DNA from: an uncultured delta proteobacterium
GTDB taxonomy: Bacteria; Myxococcota; Myxococcia; Myxococcales; Myxococcaceae
DNA: 64,000 nt
Assembly: GCA_963713045.1 (NCBI GenBank)
Contig: CAVQKE010000007.1
Coordinates: forward strand, 160,001 to 224,000
Direction of reading: 5' to 3'
The stretch's first letter is position 1; every line of letters starts with the position of its first letter. The translations under genes and the position numbers were made by a program. The notes under the pieces were generated by a model. It had not been told where the DNA came from, did not search any database, and was given only the letters and a program-made list of their open reading frames with translations. Positions 1 through 11,516 of the stretch are shown one piece after another.

Positions 1-264
1 CTGCAGGGTGTCGGCCACCGCCGGCTCCCCTACCCAGCCGATGCCCACCGCACACAGCGTGACGCCGAATTGGATGACGCTGAGGTAGGGGCTGAAGTCC
101 TCGATAATCTTCAGCGCGGCCCGGGCATCGCGGCGGCCCGCATCGGCCAGCGTCTTCAGCCTGGCCGGGCGCACTTTCACCAGCGCCATCTCGGCCAGGA
201 CTAGAAAGGCGTTGACGCCAATCAGGCCGGCCGCGATGGCGATGTGCCAGGCGGAGACCCTCAC
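1..264 (-). CDS. HlyC/CorC (CNNM/DUF21) family membrane protein, N-terminal part (runs off window)
   Basis: Manual translation gives ..IGVNAFLVLAEMALVKVRPARL..YLSVIQFGVTLCAVGIGWVGEP, a DUF21 signature. The GTG start overlaps the TPR gene stop. Confidence 0.8.
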   Translation of the reverse strand, partial: MRVSAWHIAIAAGLIGVNAFLVLAEMALVKVRPARLKTLADAGRRDARAALKIIEDFSPYLSVIQFGVTLCAVGIGWVGEPAVADTLQ

Positions 265-1076
265 AACAGGCTCTCGTACTCCGGGTCGCCTTTGAGAGCG
301 TCAAACATCGGGTCGGTGGCAAGCCAGCCGGTGACTTTGGCCCGGTCCAATTCCAGCGACGTCCGAAGCGCGGCCAAGGCCTCGGGCTTCTTGCCCCACA
401 GCGCGTACAGCGCCGCCAAATTGTAGTGTAGCAGCAGGTCCTCGGCGTTCAGCTCGCGCGCGCGGCCGTAGGCCCGCTCGGCCTCAGCGTAAAAGCCCTT
501 CTGGGCGTAGCAGATGCCCAAGTCGAGGTGGGCCTCGAAGTTCTCCGCCTCCAGGCGCACCACTTCTTTCAGGTGGGTGATGGCGTTTCGGTAGTCCCCC
601 TCGTCCATCAGCAGCGCCGCCAACTCATGGCGGGGGAAGGCGTCGGCCGGGTCTAAGTCAATGGCCCGCTTCAGCTCGCTGACCGCCTCCTCCACCCGGC
701 CGTGGTCGGCGTAGGTGAGGCCGAGGTTGAGGTGGGCGTCGGGGTACTCCGGGTCCAATTCAATGGCCTGCCGGTAGGCAGAGACGGCGAACTCCGGACC
801 ATGCGTTGAGAGGAAGCAGGCCAGGTTGTAGTGCGCAGTGGCACTGTCCGGCTCGAGGCGGAGAGCCGTTAGGTACTCGGCCAGCGCCTCGCGGTACAAC
901 TTCTTCTCCGCGTACACGGTGGCCAGGTTGTCGTGGGCGTGCGCCGAGTCCGGGTCGAGGTCGATGGCCCGCTTGAATTCGCGGATGGCCTCGTCCAGCC
1001 AGCCCCGGTCCGCAAGCTCAATGCCCCGGGAGTTGTGCTCGTCGGAGAGCGCGATGTTGTCCTTCTCGCGGGCCAT
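261..1076 (-). CDS. Tetratricopeptide repeat protein
   Basis: Multiple TPR units (AHYNLA, AHLNLG, AIDLDP). Confidence 0.9.
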   Translation of the reverse strand: MAREKDNIALSDEHNSRGIELADRGWLDEAIREFKRAIDLDPDSAHAHDNLATVYAEKKLYREALAEYLTALRLEPDSATAHYNLACFLSTHGPEFAVSAYRQAIELDPEYPDAHLNLGLTYADHGRVEEAVSELKRAIDLDPADAFPRHELAALLMDEGDYRNAITHLKEVVRLEAENFEAHLDLGICYAQKGFYAEAERAYGRARELNAEDLLLHYNLAALYALWGKKPEALAALRTSLELDRAKVTGWLATDPMFDALKGDPEYESLL

Positions 1077-1458
1077 GGGCGCCAGGGGGGAAAGCGGTCA
1101 GTACTTACGAGGGCGCCCGGGCTGATGCAAGGCGGCGCCTCTGTGGTGGAAGCCGGCCCACCCGAGGGGCGGAAGCGGCGCCGGGAAGACGCAATGGAAT
1201 GTTGCCGGCAGCCTGCGTTTGGGCGGGACTAATTCCCCTTCGACTTCCGCCTCCGAAGCCGGCCCCGCTTCAGCACGCCGCGCTTCACGCGGGCACGGCT
1301 TTTCAGCTTCTTCTTGCTGCGGTTGCTTTTCACGGGGGTGGCCATGGGCGGAGGGTCCTTAGCACCGGCCGGGGGACGGTGTCTCTGCCGGAGGGCTGGC
1401 CAATGCCCCTCGCACCTTGCGCGAGCACCCCTTCGGCCGGTAGGGGAGGTCTCCCGTC

Positions 1459-2545
1459 ATGCTCGACCAAGCCCTCCTCGGGAAACTGGAAGACGTCGAG
1501 CGCCGCTTCGACCGGCTGACGGCTGCTCTCTCGAGCCCGGAGACGCTGGCCGACTCGGTCAAGTTCCGCAAGGTGGCCAAAGAGCGCGCCGACTTGGAAA
1601 CGCTGGTCGAGACGTTTCGCCGTTACCGGCAGGTGAAGGGGGACGAGGACGAATTCGACCGCTGGCTGAACGGCAGCGACGCGGAGGCACGGGAGATGGC
1701 GCGGAAGGAATTGCCCGCCCTCAAAGCGCGCCGCGAGGAGTTGGAGCTGTCGCTGCACCTGCTGCTGCTGCCTCGCGACCCCAACGACGACAAGAATGTC
1801 ATCCTCGAGGTGCGCGCCGGGGCCGGAGGCGACGAGGCCGGCCTGTTTGCCGAGGAAGTCCTTCAAATGTACCTGCGGTATGCCGAACGCAAAGGCTGGA
1901 AGACGGAACTACTGGACGTCAGCGCCGGCAACGCCGGCGGCCTCAAGGACGCCAGCGCCATCATCTCCGGCGATGGCGTCTACGGCTGGCTCAAGTACGA
2001 ATCCGGGGTGCACCGGGTGCAGCGGGTGCCAGCCACCGAGGCCCAGGGCCGCATCCACACCTCCACCATCACCGTGGCGGTGATGCCCGAAGCAGAGGAC
2101 GTCGACATCCAGCTCAATCCGGCTGACATTGAATTGCAGGTCATGCGCTCCACCGGTGCCGGCGGCCAGAGCGTCAACACCACCGACTCCGCCGTCCGGC
2201 TTCGTCACCGGCCTTCGGGGATTGTGGTGAAGTGCCAGCAGGAGAAGAGCCAAACCAAAAACCGGGCGATGGCGATGAAGATGCTCCGCGCGAAGCTTTT
2301 CGAACTGGAGCAGGAGCGGCAGCTCAGCGAGCGCGAGGCCCTGCGCCGGGGCCAGGTGGGCACCGGCGACCGCAGCGAGAAAATTCGCACCTACAACTTT
2401 CCCTCAGGACCGGCTGACCGACCACCGCATTGGTGTCACCTGGCACAACCTCGCCGCCCGCATGGCCGGAGACATCGATGAGGTGGTGACCGCCTGCCGT
2501 GCTTACTTCGAAGCGGAGCTTCTCAAGGCGGAGGGCGTGAAGTGA
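1459..2545 (+). CDS. prfA: Peptide chain release factor 1 (one +1 indel near 2404, probably a sequencing error)
   Basis: PAT (PxT) and GGQ motifs and [11 protein letters not shown]. The shifted frame continues [15 protein letters not shown] to 2545. Directly upstream of prmC. Confidence 0.93.
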
Positions 2546-2555
2546 GCTTCAGCGG

Positions 2556-3419
2556 ATGAGTGAAGCCTGGACGGTCCGCCGGCTGCTTGGATGGACGACC
2601 CAGCACTTCGACCGCCGGGGCGTCGACGCCCCACGACTGGCCTCGGAGTTGCTACTGGCCCATGTGCTTGGCCTCGACCGCGTGCGCCTCTACACCGACC
2701 TTGACCGACCACTCGACAAGGCCGAGCTGCAGGCCTACCGCACGCTCATCGAAGCGCGCGTCGACGGGACTCCGGTGCAGTACCTCACCGGCCGTCGCGA
2801 CTTCTACGGCCGTCCGTTTCGGGTCGACGCGCGGGTCCTCATTCCGCGGCCCGAAACGGAGTTGTTGGTGCAGTCCGTGCTTTCTGCGCTTCCTCGCTCG
2901 ACTGCGCTGCGCCTGTTGGACCTGGCCACTGGAAGTGGCTGCATCGGGGTGACGCTCGCCGCCGAGCGGCCCGAGGCCACGGTGGTAGCCACCGACGTCG
3001 ACTCCGGCGCATGCCAGCTGGCCCAGGCCAACGCCGAGGCGGCCGGCGTCGCCCGGCAGGTCCAGGTGCTTCAGGGCGACCTGTTTGTGCCGGTGCAGAC
3101 GCTGGCTCCCTTCGACGCCGTGGTGAGTAACCCGCCCTATGTGCCCAGCGACGAGTTGCCTCGGCTTCAGGCCGAGGTGCAGCGCGAGCCGACACTGGCA
3201 CTGGACGGTGGGCCGGAGGGCCTCAGCGTCCTGACCCGAGTGGTGGACGGGGCCTTCGGCCACCTCGTCCCCGGGGGGCTGCTCGCCCTGGAAATTGGTG
3301 AGGAGCAGGGCGCCGCGGTCCGGAACTTGCTCCTGCAGCGGGGGTATGAGGCAGTGCACATTGAACCGGACTTGGAGCGGCGGGACCGCATGGCCTTCGG
3401 GACACGGCCGCGCGGCTGA
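2556..3419 (+). CDS. prmC: Release factor glutamine N5-methyltransferase
   Basis: [17 protein letters not shown] and SNPPY motifs; follows prfA. Confidence 0.95.
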   Translation: MSEAWTVRRLLGWTTQHFDRRGVDAPRLASELLLAHVLGLDRVRLYTDLDRPLDKAELQAYRTLIEARVDGTPVQYLTGRRDFYGRPFRVDARVLIPRPETELLVQSVLSALPRSTALRLLDLATGSGCIGVTLAAERPEATVVATDVDSGACQLAQANAEAAGVARQVQVLQGDLFVPVQTLAPFDAVVSNPPYVPSDELPRLQAEVQREPTLALDGGPEGLSVLTRVVDGAFGHLVPGGLLALEIGEEQGAAVRNLLLQRGYEAVHIEPDLERRDRMAFGTRPRG

Positions 3420-3456
3420 AAACCCGCGCAGTGCGGGCAAACGGAGGGACCAGGGC

Positions 3457-4719
3457 GTGGACCGAATTCTGGTGGTGGGCGGCCGGCGGCTGGAGGGCGA
3501 GGTGACGGTGTCCGGCGCCAAGAATGCCGCCCTCCCCCTCTTCGCCGCCGCGCTGTTGGCCGACGGCGCAAGCACCTTTCGCAACGTGCCGGACTTGGCG
3601 GACGTGACGACGCTGCTGCGCCTGCTGCGCACCATGGGCGTCGACGCCGAGCGGCTTCCCGGCCAGGAGCGGCATGCGGTGCGGGTGCACGCCGTCAACG
3701 GCATTACCGCTGAGGCGCCCTATGACTTGGTGCGCACCATGCGCGCCTCGGTGCTGGTGCTCGGTCCGCTGTTGGCTCGCTACGGCCACGCCCGGGTGTC
3801 CCTGCCCGGCGGATGTGCCATCGGCGCCCGGCCCATCGACCAGCACCTCAAGGGCTTCGCTGCCCTGGGGGCGGACATCCGCCTGGAAGAAGGCTACGTC
3901 GAGGCGCGGGCGAAGCGGTTGCGCGGGGCCACCGTCCGCTTCGACCGGGTGACGGTGACCGGGACCGAAAATGTCCTGATGGCTGCGGTGCTGGCCGATG
4001 GCCACACCGTCCTGGAGAACGCCGCGCGCGAGCCGGAGGTGGAGGAGTTGGCCCGGGTGCTGCAGGCGATGGGGGCCCACATTGAAGGCGCCGGCACCGA
4101 CACCCTGCACGTTGAGGGGGTCAGCGGACTGCGTCCGGTCGACCACGAAATTCTGCCGGACCGCATCGAGACCGGGACGCTGCTGGTCGCTGCAGCCATC
4201 ACCGGCGGGGACGTGCACGTCCGCGGGGCGCGGGCCGAGCACTTGGACGCGCTGCTCGGGAAACTTCGGGAGGCCGGCTGTACCATCGTCCCCACCGGGA
4301 CGGGCCTGCGCTGCCGCGGACCTGAGGTGCCCCGTCCGGTGGACGTCCAAACCCATGAGCATCCCGGCTTTCCCACCGACATGCAGGCTCAAATCATGGC
4401 GCTGCTCAGCGTCGCCTCGGGGCCAAGCGTCATCTCAGAGAACATTTTTGAGAACCGCTTCATGCACGTGGCGGAGCTGCAACGGATGGGGGCAAACATC
4501 CGCGTCGAGGGCCGCACCGCCGTGGTGAAGGGGGTGCCACAGCTGTCGGGGGCGCCCGTCATGGCCACCGACCTGCGCGCCTCAGCGTCCCTCATCCTGG
4601 CAGGTTTGCGGGCCCAGGGCACCACCGAGTTGTCGCGCGTCTACCACCTCGACCGCGGCTATGAGAGGTTGGAGGCCAAGCTCTCGCTTCTCGGAGCCCA
4701 GGCGACCCGGGTCAAGTGA
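3457..4719 (+). CDS. murA: UDP-N-acetylglucosamine 1-carboxyvinyltransferase
   Basis: [31 protein letters not shown] and DLRA motifs. GTG start at 3457 after GGAGG. Confidence 0.96.
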   Translation: MDRILVVGGRRLEGEVTVSGAKNAALPLFAAALLADGASTFRNVPDLADVTTLLRLLRTMGVDAERLPGQERHAVRVHAVNGITAEAPYDLVRTMRASVLVLGPLLARYGHARVSLPGGCAIGARPIDQHLKGFAALGADIRLEEGYVEARAKRLRGATVRFDRVTVTGTENVLMAAVLADGHTVLENAAREPEVEELARVLQAMGAHIEGAGTDTLHVEGVSGLRPVDHEILPDRIETGTLLVAAAITGGDVHVRGARAEHLDALLGKLREAGCTIVPTGTGLRCRGPEVPRPVDVQTHEHPGFPTDMQAQIMALLSVASGPSVISENIFENRFMHVAELQRMGANIRVEGRTAVVKGVPQLSGAPVMATDLRASASLILAGLRAQGTTELSRVYHLDRGYERLEAKLSLLGAQATRVK

Positions 4720-4826
4720 GCCCTCTTCAGCGGTCGAGGGTTGCAGTCGAAAAATTCTCCGCCCTAGTATCTCCACATTGCGTCCACGGGGCATCGCCCC
4801 GGCCACAGGAGAAGACAAGGTCCGCC

Positions 4827-5213
4827 ATGAATTGCCCCAGCTGCAACGTCGAGATGGGTGAGCTCGATGGGGAAGCGACGTTGCGAAGGTGCGGACAGTG
4901 CTTCGGCTTGTGGATAAATGTCGCCGACCTGAACCGCGTTCTTCTGCACAACAACCTGCCGGGGCTGGAGAGCCTCGGCGGCCGTGTCGACGCCGAGGCA
5001 CTCACCGGCCAATGCCCGGAATGTCAGGTGGACCTGGTCCGCGTGGACGGCGGCGAGCGACAACACCGGCTGCACTACGACACCTGCGAATCCTGCGGCG
5101 GCATCTTTCTGGAATCCGAATTCAAGGATGCCAGCGACGCCCAAGTGGCTTTCGCGGAGATTGTGGACTTCTTCCAGCACTTCTCTGCGAAGAAGAAGCG
5201 CGCCGCGCTGTAA
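4827..5213 (+). CDS. Zinc-ribbon (zf-TFIIB-like) protein
   Basis: Four CxxC pairs (CPSC, CGQC, CPEC, CESC). Confidence 0.8.
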   Translation: MNCPSCNVEMGELDGEATLRRCGQCFGLWINVADLNRVLLHNNLPGLESLGGRVDAEALTGQCPECQVDLVRVDGGERQHRLHYDTCESCGGIFLESEFKDASDAQVAFAEIVDFFQHFSAKKKRAAL

Positions 5214-5219
5214 AGGCGA

Positions 5220-6053
5220 CTAAGGGCGGTCCCGGTAGGTTTGCCGCAGCTCGCCCACCGGGCCTTCGAGGCTCAAGATTGCCACCGGCTTTCCGCCGGC
5301 CATCGACTGGCTGAAACGCGGGTGCGCCTCCACCTTGCCCATGCCCGGGATGCTGAGCCACACCTCTCCGTCTTTCAGCCCCCATTTGCCCGCCAAGGGC
5401 CGACCCCGCCCGCTGGGCCCCTCCGGCGCCGACCGCCAGCTTCCGTCCAGAAAGAAGGTGAGAGAATGGTCCGGCGCCCCGGCCGGGCCGCCATACCAAA
5501 CGCCCAACATCTCGCTGGCGCCGGGCTGGTAGGCCAGGTGCTTCCGCAGCGCTGCGCCGGCCAGGGGCGTCGTTCCGGAATAGGGCAGAAAGTCGGCCAG
5601 GCACGCCGACGCCAACACGTCCTCTGCGGGGAAGGTGTCCAGCACTTCCAGGGCGAAAATCTGCCCTCTCAGCGCCTTGGGCAACGGCACCGACTGAGGG
5701 CCCTGCCGGTCCTCCAGCGTCACCGTGGCCGTGCCGGTGGGCCCCCGCACCAGCATCTTCCGCACCCGGCTGAAGGCATGAAACGTCTCCTCACTGGCCC
5801 CATTTCCGGTGGTGACTTCAAGCCGAGTCAACGTCACGGGTTCGGCAAAGCCGAAGCTGAGCATCTCGCTGAGGGCGTCCGCGCCCCGGCTGCACCAGAC
5901 GGTGGAGGGCACTCCGTCGAGAAGGTTGAGGGGCGTGTACCGGCTCGGCGTGGAGGCGTCCAGTTGCCCACTGGCCCGTACCCAGCCAACGCTGGGCGAA
6001 GCCGGCGCCGCCATTGCCGTCAACAGCACCACCACCAAGGCTGAGGCGCGCAT
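5220..6053 (-). CDS. Secreted protein with discoidin/galactose-binding-like domain
   Basis: Signal peptide MRASALVVVLL.. and NLLDGVPSTVWC motif. Confidence 0.6.
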   Translation of the reverse strand: MRASALVVVLLTAMAAPASPSVGWVRASGQLDASTPSRYTPLNLLDGVPSTVWCSRGADALSEMLSFGFAEPVTLTRLEVTTGNGASEETFHAFSRVRKMLVRGPTGTATVTLEDRQGPQSVPLPKALRGQIFALEVLDTFPAEDVLASACLADFLPYSGTTPLAGAALRKHLAYQPGASEMLGVWYGGPAGAPDHSLTFFLDGSWRSAPEGPSGRGRPLAGKWGLKDGEVWLSIPGMGKVEAHPRFSQSMAGGKPVAILSLEGPVGELRQTYRDRP

Positions 6054-6188
6054 GGCCTCCCATGCTGCATTGGGCCGGACTCCAGCACCAGCCCGCAGTG
6101 GGGGACCCCCTTGGGAAGGCCGGCTGCCCAGGAAGGGGGCCTGGGGCACTTGTCAGCGTGTCCAACTGCTGTGGTAGGCGTTTCCTTC

Positions 6189-7976
6189 TTGAAACGTCCG
6201 ACGGGCGCCACTCCCCTACTTCTGCTGTTGGCGGCGGCCTGCCCACGCCCCGCGCCGCCAGCCGCGCCGCCCGTGGCCGCCGACGCCGGCCCCGTCCAGC
6301 GGGCGGAGGTCGAGCCCAATGACCGGCCCGAGCAGGCCATGGCCATCGGCGAATCCACCGTCATCACCGGCAGCCTCACGTCGGACCCGGCCCGGCCGGA
6401 TGAGGACTGGTACCTCCTCTTCACGGACCATCCCCGGGTGGTGGATGTCGGAATGACGGGCATTCCGGGGACCGAGGTGGTGCTGGAAGTGTACGACATC
6501 GCCCGCAACCGCCTAGCCGCCGTCACCGGCGAGGCAGAGGGAGGGCCAGCGCGGCTGCCCAACCTTCTGGTGAAGGACAAGCTGCTTCTCAAAGTGTCCG
6601 GCCGCCGCGGCACGGGCGGCGCGTACAAGCTGTCGCTCCTCTTTGCCGAGCCCGTCGCCGGCCTGGAAGCCGAACCGAATGACCGGGCAGCCGACGCCAC
6701 GGAAGTGACGTCCACCCCAGAAGGCCAGGGCCCCTGGGTGGTGAAGGGCTTTGTCAGCCAACCGAGTGACGAGGACTACTACCGCTTGGTCCTCATTCCG
6801 CAGGCGGCGAGCGACGCCGGCCCCGCGCCCTCCGACGGCGGAGCGACGGCCGAGGGCGCCGCGGACGCCGGGCTGCCGGCCCAGGAAGCCCTGGCAGCGG
6901 ATGGGGGCGCGGCGCCGACCGAAGTGCCGCGGGTGCCGCTGCGCATTGGGCTGAGCGCCGTCCCCGGTGTCCGCCTGGAGGTCCAGGTGCTGTCTGAAGC
7001 CCAGGCGCAGCTCTTCATCGGCCGCGGCCAGGAAGGGGAAGCCTTCGACCAGCGCAATGTCGCCGTCCGGGCGACGGACAGCGTCGTCTATGTGCTGGTG
7101 CGGAGCGCCTGGACCGGGAGCGGCAAGGGGGCGCATCGGGGAAGCAACCCGGACGTGCCCTACACCCTCACCGTCTCTCGCGAGGCGGCCGGCGCCAATG
7201 CAGAATTCGAACCCAACGACGACTTGGCCCACGCCACGCCCCTGCCCCTGAACGGTTACCGCGAAGGCTTCCTCTCCCCCAAGGGCGACGTCGACTACTA
7301 CGTGCTGCGCGTGCCCCAGCCGTCGCTGGCACGCTTCGAGTTGACCGGGCTCGACCGGGTGGACCTCATCCTCTCGGTGGTGGCCCCAGGCGACAAGCCC
7401 GGAACGGAGAAGGTGCTGCTCAAGTCCAATGACGGCGCGGTGAAGGAGCCGGAACGTCTCAACAGCGTGGCCTGCGTTTCGGAATGCTACGTGAAAGTCG
7501 AGGGCGCACCGCGCAAGGTGAATGGGAAATGGGTGCGGGACTTCGAGAACGCAGAGCAGCCCTACCGCCTCACCGTCACGACGACGCCTGACACCGGCGC
7601 CGAGGAGCGCGAGCCAAACGACTCTCCCGAGACGGCCACTCCGCTGGCGCCCGGAAAGCCGGTGCGGGGCACCATCTACCCGAAGCGCGACGTGGACTTC
7701 TACCGGCTCGACCTGGGCGACCGCCAGGTCAAGACGCCGCTCCGGGCCACCGTCACCGGCATTCTCAAGGTGGACGTCGCGCTGTTTCTCTACCGGCAGG
7801 AAGACGACGGCACCCTGACGCTGGTGCAAACCGCCGACCGCGCCAAGGGCGACGCGCCGGAAGTCATCCGCTACGCAGCCGAACCCGGGACGTATTTCTT
7901 CAAAGTGCAGGACTCAAAAAATCGCGAGTCCAACTTCCAGGACAGCTACCAACTCACCGTCGAAGAGTCGGACTAG
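6189..7976 (+). CDS. Lipoprotein with repeated ExEPND / PPC-like domains
   Basis: Lipobox LAAAC; four ExEPND..D(E/V)DxY repeats. Start codon uncertain (TTG 6189). Confidence 0.75.
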   Translation: MKRPTGATPLLLLLAAACPRPAPPAAPPVAADAGPVQRAEVEPNDRPEQAMAIGESTVITGSLTSDPARPDEDWYLLFTDHPRVVDVGMTGIPGTEVVLEVYDIARNRLAAVTGEAEGGPARLPNLLVKDKLLLKVSGRRGTGGAYKLSLLFAEPVAGLEAEPNDRAADATEVTSTPEGQGPWVVKGFVSQPSDEDYYRLVLIPQAASDAGPAPSDGGATAEGAADAGLPAQEALAADGGAAPTEVPRVPLRIGLSAVPGVRLEVQVLSEAQAQLFIGRGQEGEAFDQRNVAVRATDSVVYVLVRSAWTGSGKGAHRGSNPDVPYTLTVSREAAGANAEFEPNDDLAHATPLPLNGYREGFLSPKGDVDYYVLRVPQPSLARFELTGLDRVDLILSVVAPGDKPGTEKVLLKSNDGAVKEPERLNSVACVSECYVKVEGAPRKVNGKWVRDFENAEQPYRLTVTTTPDTGAEEREPNDSPETATPLAPGKPVRGTIYPKRDVDFYRLDLGDRQVKTPLRATVTGILKVDVALFLYRQEDDGTLTLVQTADRAKGDAPEVIRYAAEPGTYFFKVQDSKNRESNFQDSYQLTVEESD

Positions 7977-7994
7977 GTCCGCACGAGGCCGTCG

Positions 7995-8923
7995 CTAGGG
8001 GAGGAAGCCGCGCAAATATGCCTCCACGCCGACGGGTCGGTAGCTGGGGAAAAGCTCGGTGGCCTCCAGCACATCCGCCCGCCGTTTGCCGGCGAGGCCT
8101 TGAATCCACGCCGAGCGGGCGATTTGGGCGTAGATGAGGTACGCCATCTTGTCCGGTATGGCCGCCAGCTCTTCAATGTTGCGGTCGACGGTGGCGGCCG
8201 AGAGGGTGCGGCGCTGTAGCTTCTTACCGGAGAGCCGCTCACACAGGCTGATGAGCTCCGCTTGGGTGTAGAGGTTGGCGACGGGCAGCATCGAAACTTC
8301 GCGGTTTTCCGTCTTGGGTTCGTCCAGCATCAGCACGGTGTAGGCGGCGATGTCGCCCATGTCGAGGAGCGCCATCTTCACGTTGCCCTCACCGAGGATT
8401 TCGACTTCTTTCTCCGGCGGCGCCTGGAGGCCCAGCTGTCCGAGGCTGGCAGCCCAAAAGGGGAAGAAGCCGTTGGCGTAAACGTAAGTGACGGCGATGC
8501 CCGTCTTCTGCAGCGGCTGGTGCAAGTCGCGCTTCCAGTCGAAGAGGAGGCAGCTGCCCTTGGGCGTGAGGATGACGTCCACCCCAAACTCCGACGGGAC
8601 GAAGCGCCGCGCCCCGGCCTTCTTCGCCGCGCTGGCCAGCGCCACCTGGTGGGAGAGTGGGGGCCCATTGACGCAGGAAATGACGGCGTCCATCCCTCGG
8701 CAGGCGCGCTCGACGGACGCGGTGTCCTCGATGGTGCCCTCGACCAGGGTGGCTCCCTCTTCTTTCAAGGCGTCAACAGCTTTTCGCTTGTCCGCCTGCG
8801 TGGACTTCGCCGTTTCCGGCCGCAGCAGCACGCGGACGTCCTTTTTCGCTTCCGCAGCTCCGAGACGATGTAAGGCCCGATGTGGCCGGTGGCTCCAACG
8901 ACGAGGACGGTTTGCGTTCCCAT
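7995..8923 (-). CDS. NmrA/isoflavone-reductase-like NAD(P)-binding protein (frameshift near 8850)
   Basis: N-terminal VLVVGATGHIG in one frame; RRFVPSEFG in the next frame. Confidence 0.8.
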
Positions 8924-9276
8924 CTGCTTTCTCCCCCTCCTCCGCACGGGCTGAAGTGCGCCCGCAAGCCACGGCATCCGTGCAATGGCTGGTCGCGACC
9001 GTTCCGCCTCAATCCGGTCACTCCCCGGGCACCGACAAATGCTGGAGTGCACCAAGGCCGTGCGACCGAAGTCGTCCGCAACTTTGTGTTGCATCACGAT
9101 GCGCACCGTGAGTACGCCTGTCGCTGCCTCGCCCACGGGCGGCTTGGGGGGCCGACTGAAACGGATGTTCGCTTTGCGACAGTGGGCGAGGGTCGCGAAT
9201 CTCCGGCAGCGCTTCGAAGCGCCGGTTGTCGGTGTTGTAGCTCTGGCAAGCCTTCTACCTAAGGGGAACAACCACG

Positions 9277-10986
9277 ATGGGTCCGAGACACGTGAAGTTC
9301 ACCACCGTCGGCGTGCTGCTACTTGCGTCCGCGCTGACTTCTCCCATGCTTGCCCAGGCTCAAGAGAAGAAGCCCAACATCCTGTTCATCATGGGCGATG
9401 ACATTGGCTGGATGCAGCCAAGCATCTACCACCGCGGCCTGATGGTGGGGGAAACGCCCAACATCGACCGCATCGGGAACGAGGGCGCAATTTTCATGGA
9501 CTACTTGGCCATGCAAAGTTGCACGTCGGGCCGCAACGCCTTCTTCACCGGGATGTACCCACTGCGCACGGGGATGATTCCCCCGCAACTCCCCGGTAGC
9601 CCATCCTACCTTCGACCTGGCACACCGGCCCTCGCTGTCTTCCTCCACGACCTCGGCTACACCACCGGGGAGTTCGGCAAGAACCACCTCGGCGACCACA
9701 CCGCCGCTCTACCGACAGCCCACGGCTTTCAGGAGTATTGGGGCTACCTCTACCACCTGGACGCGATGCAGCAGGTGAGCTTCCCCGACATCAACAAGAC
9801 CCCGCTGGTGCAAGGCATCGCGCCGCCATGCAAGAACACTCCGGTCCCCGGCCTGACCGACCCCCCGGGCGCCGTCGACCCGAGGACCGCGACGTGCCTG
9901 ACGCCGCCCCGCCCTGTCATCTGGTGCAAGTCTTCGGACGGCACGGAGAAGAACCAGAGCTGCAAGGACGAGGGCCCCTTGACGCTTGACCGTTCGAGGA
10001 CCGTGGACGAGGAGATTTCAGCCAAGGTCATCGACTTCCTCGACCGCAACGACCCGAAGAGGACTGGGAAGCCCTTCTTCGTTTGGTACAACCCGGCGCG
10101 TATGCATGTCACGACCATGCTTTCCCCAAAGTATGAGGCGATGATTGGAACGCAGGGAGGCAAGGACTGGGGCCTCAATGAAGCCGGCATGAAGCAGCTG
10201 GACGACAACATCGGCTATGTCCTCAAGAAGCTCGAGGACATGGGCCAACTCGACAACACCATCGTTGTCTTCACGACGGACAACGGTGCTGAGACAGTGA
10301 GCTTTCCGGACGGCGGCATTACCCCATTCAAAGGTCAGAAAGGCGAGGCGTGGGAAGGCGGCTACCGCGCGCCACAGGTCGTCCGCTGGCCCGGTCACAT
10401 CAAGCCAGGGACGGTGAAGAAGGAGATGTTCGCGGCTCTCGACTGGCTCCCAACATTCGTCGACATCGCCGGAGGGCCCAAGGGAGATGGGCTCAAGAAG
10501 CAAATCGAAGCGGGCAAGTACCCGGGCATCGTCAAGACGACGCTCGATGGCTTCGACCAACGGGACTACCTTGAGGGCAAGTCGGACAAATCTGCGCGAG
10601 ATGTCTTCTTTTACTACTCAGGCGCGACGCCATCCGCCGTGCGCTACAAGAATTGGAAAATGTATTACTCGATGGCGCCTTCGGGTGCGAGTGGCTGGTT
10701 CATGCCCCTCGTGAACTTCCACTGGACTTTGGTCGGGAATGTCAAGCGCGACCCCTTCGAGCAAACGGTTAGCTTCGGAGAATCAAAATCAGCGATGGCG
10801 CTGGGGGGGTCACTCGGCTCCCCATCCACTGCGTATTTGTACGACTGGAACATGCTGCCGGTGGGCCAGCTGCTCTGGGAAAAGGAACTCTATTCGTTCA
10901 AGGAATTCCCGCCGCTGCAAGCTGCGGAGACCTACAACCTCAATGGCATCTTGAAGGAAATGGAGCACAACAAGGGAGACGACTAG
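9277..10986 (+). CDS. Arylsulfatase (Cys-type), secreted
   Basis: Signal peptide; KPNILFIMGDD, SCTSGR (CxxxR), GKNHLG, TTDNG, WEGGYR. Confidence 0.92.
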   Translation: MGPRHVKFTTVGVLLLASALTSPMLAQAQEKKPNILFIMGDDIGWMQPSIYHRGLMVGETPNIDRIGNEGAIFMDYLAMQSCTSGRNAFFTGMYPLRTGMIPPQLPGSPSYLRPGTPALAVFLHDLGYTTGEFGKNHLGDHTAALPTAHGFQEYWGYLYHLDAMQQVSFPDINKTPLVQGIAPPCKNTPVPGLTDPPGAVDPRTATCLTPPRPVIWCKSSDGTEKNQSCKDEGPLTLDRSRTVDEEISAKVIDFLDRNDPKRTGKPFFVWYNPARMHVTTMLSPKYEAMIGTQGGKDWGLNEAGMKQLDDNIGYVLKKLEDMGQLDNTIVVFTTDNGAETVSFPDGGITPFKGQKGEAWEGGYRAPQVVRWPGHIKPGTVKKEMFAALDWLPTFVDIAGGPKGDGLKKQIEAGKYPGIVKTTLDGFDQRDYLEGKSDKSARDVFFYYSGATPSAVRYKNWKMYYSMAPSGASGWFMPLVNFHWTLVGNVKRDPFEQTVSFGESKSAMALGGSLGSPSTAYLYDWNMLPVGQLLWEKELYSFKEFPPLQAAETYNLNGILKEMEHNKGDD

Positions 10987-11023
10987 GCGCGGCCGGGGTT
11001 ACTGGCGTCAAGTTTAACGCTGA

Positions 11024-11051
11024 CCGGGCGGTCCTCAGGCGGACCGCCCGG
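11024..11051 (+). terminator. Perfect 11-bp GC hairpin after the sulfatase gene
   Basis: CCGGGCGGTCC-tcaggc-GGACCGCCCGG; no U-tract. Confidence 0.4.
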
Positions 11052-11157
11052 CGAAACGGAGATGTACGAATATTGACCTGAAGCCGTCCTGTCGTTGGCT
11101 ATGCTTTAGGAACCATCCGTCGAGCCGGACTCCTTCGCACGCGATGAGGAGGCTAAG

Positions 11158-11496
11158 GTGAAGCAGGTGGTCGAGATTCGTTCGTACAACCTGAAGGCAG
11201 GAACCCGTGAGCGCTTTCATCGCCGCTTCGTGGACGAGTCGCTACCGATGCTGCGGCGTCGCAATATCGACGTGGTGGCATACGGCGCATCGCTGGACGA
11301 GGCCGACTCGTACTTTCTGATCCGGGGGTTTGCGAGCCTAGCGGAACGCCGGTCTAGCGAGGATGCCTTCTACGGAAGCGAGGAGTGGCGAAAGGGACCG
11401 CGCGATGCCGTCATGGCCGACATCGAAAGCTTTACGACCGTCGTCCTGCGCGTCGAACCAGAGACGCTTCAAGCCCTGCGCGCTTTGACGGCATAG
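11158..11496 (+). CDS. NIPSNAP family protein
   Basis: EIRSYNLKAG start, FYGSEEWR motif, ~110 aa. Confidence 0.85.
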   Translation: MKQVVEIRSYNLKAGTRERFHRRFVDESLPMLRRRNIDVVAYGASLDEADSYFLIRGFASLAERRSSEDAFYGSEEWRKGPRDAVMADIESFTTVVLRVEPETLQALRALTA

Positions 11497-11516
11497 TTTT
11501 CGGTACGCTTAGCGTG

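Noticed and set aside
1459..2545. Programmed RF2-type frameshift
   Set aside because: The protein has the RF1 PxT motif, and the shift is near the 3' end rather than at an early CTT-TGA site.
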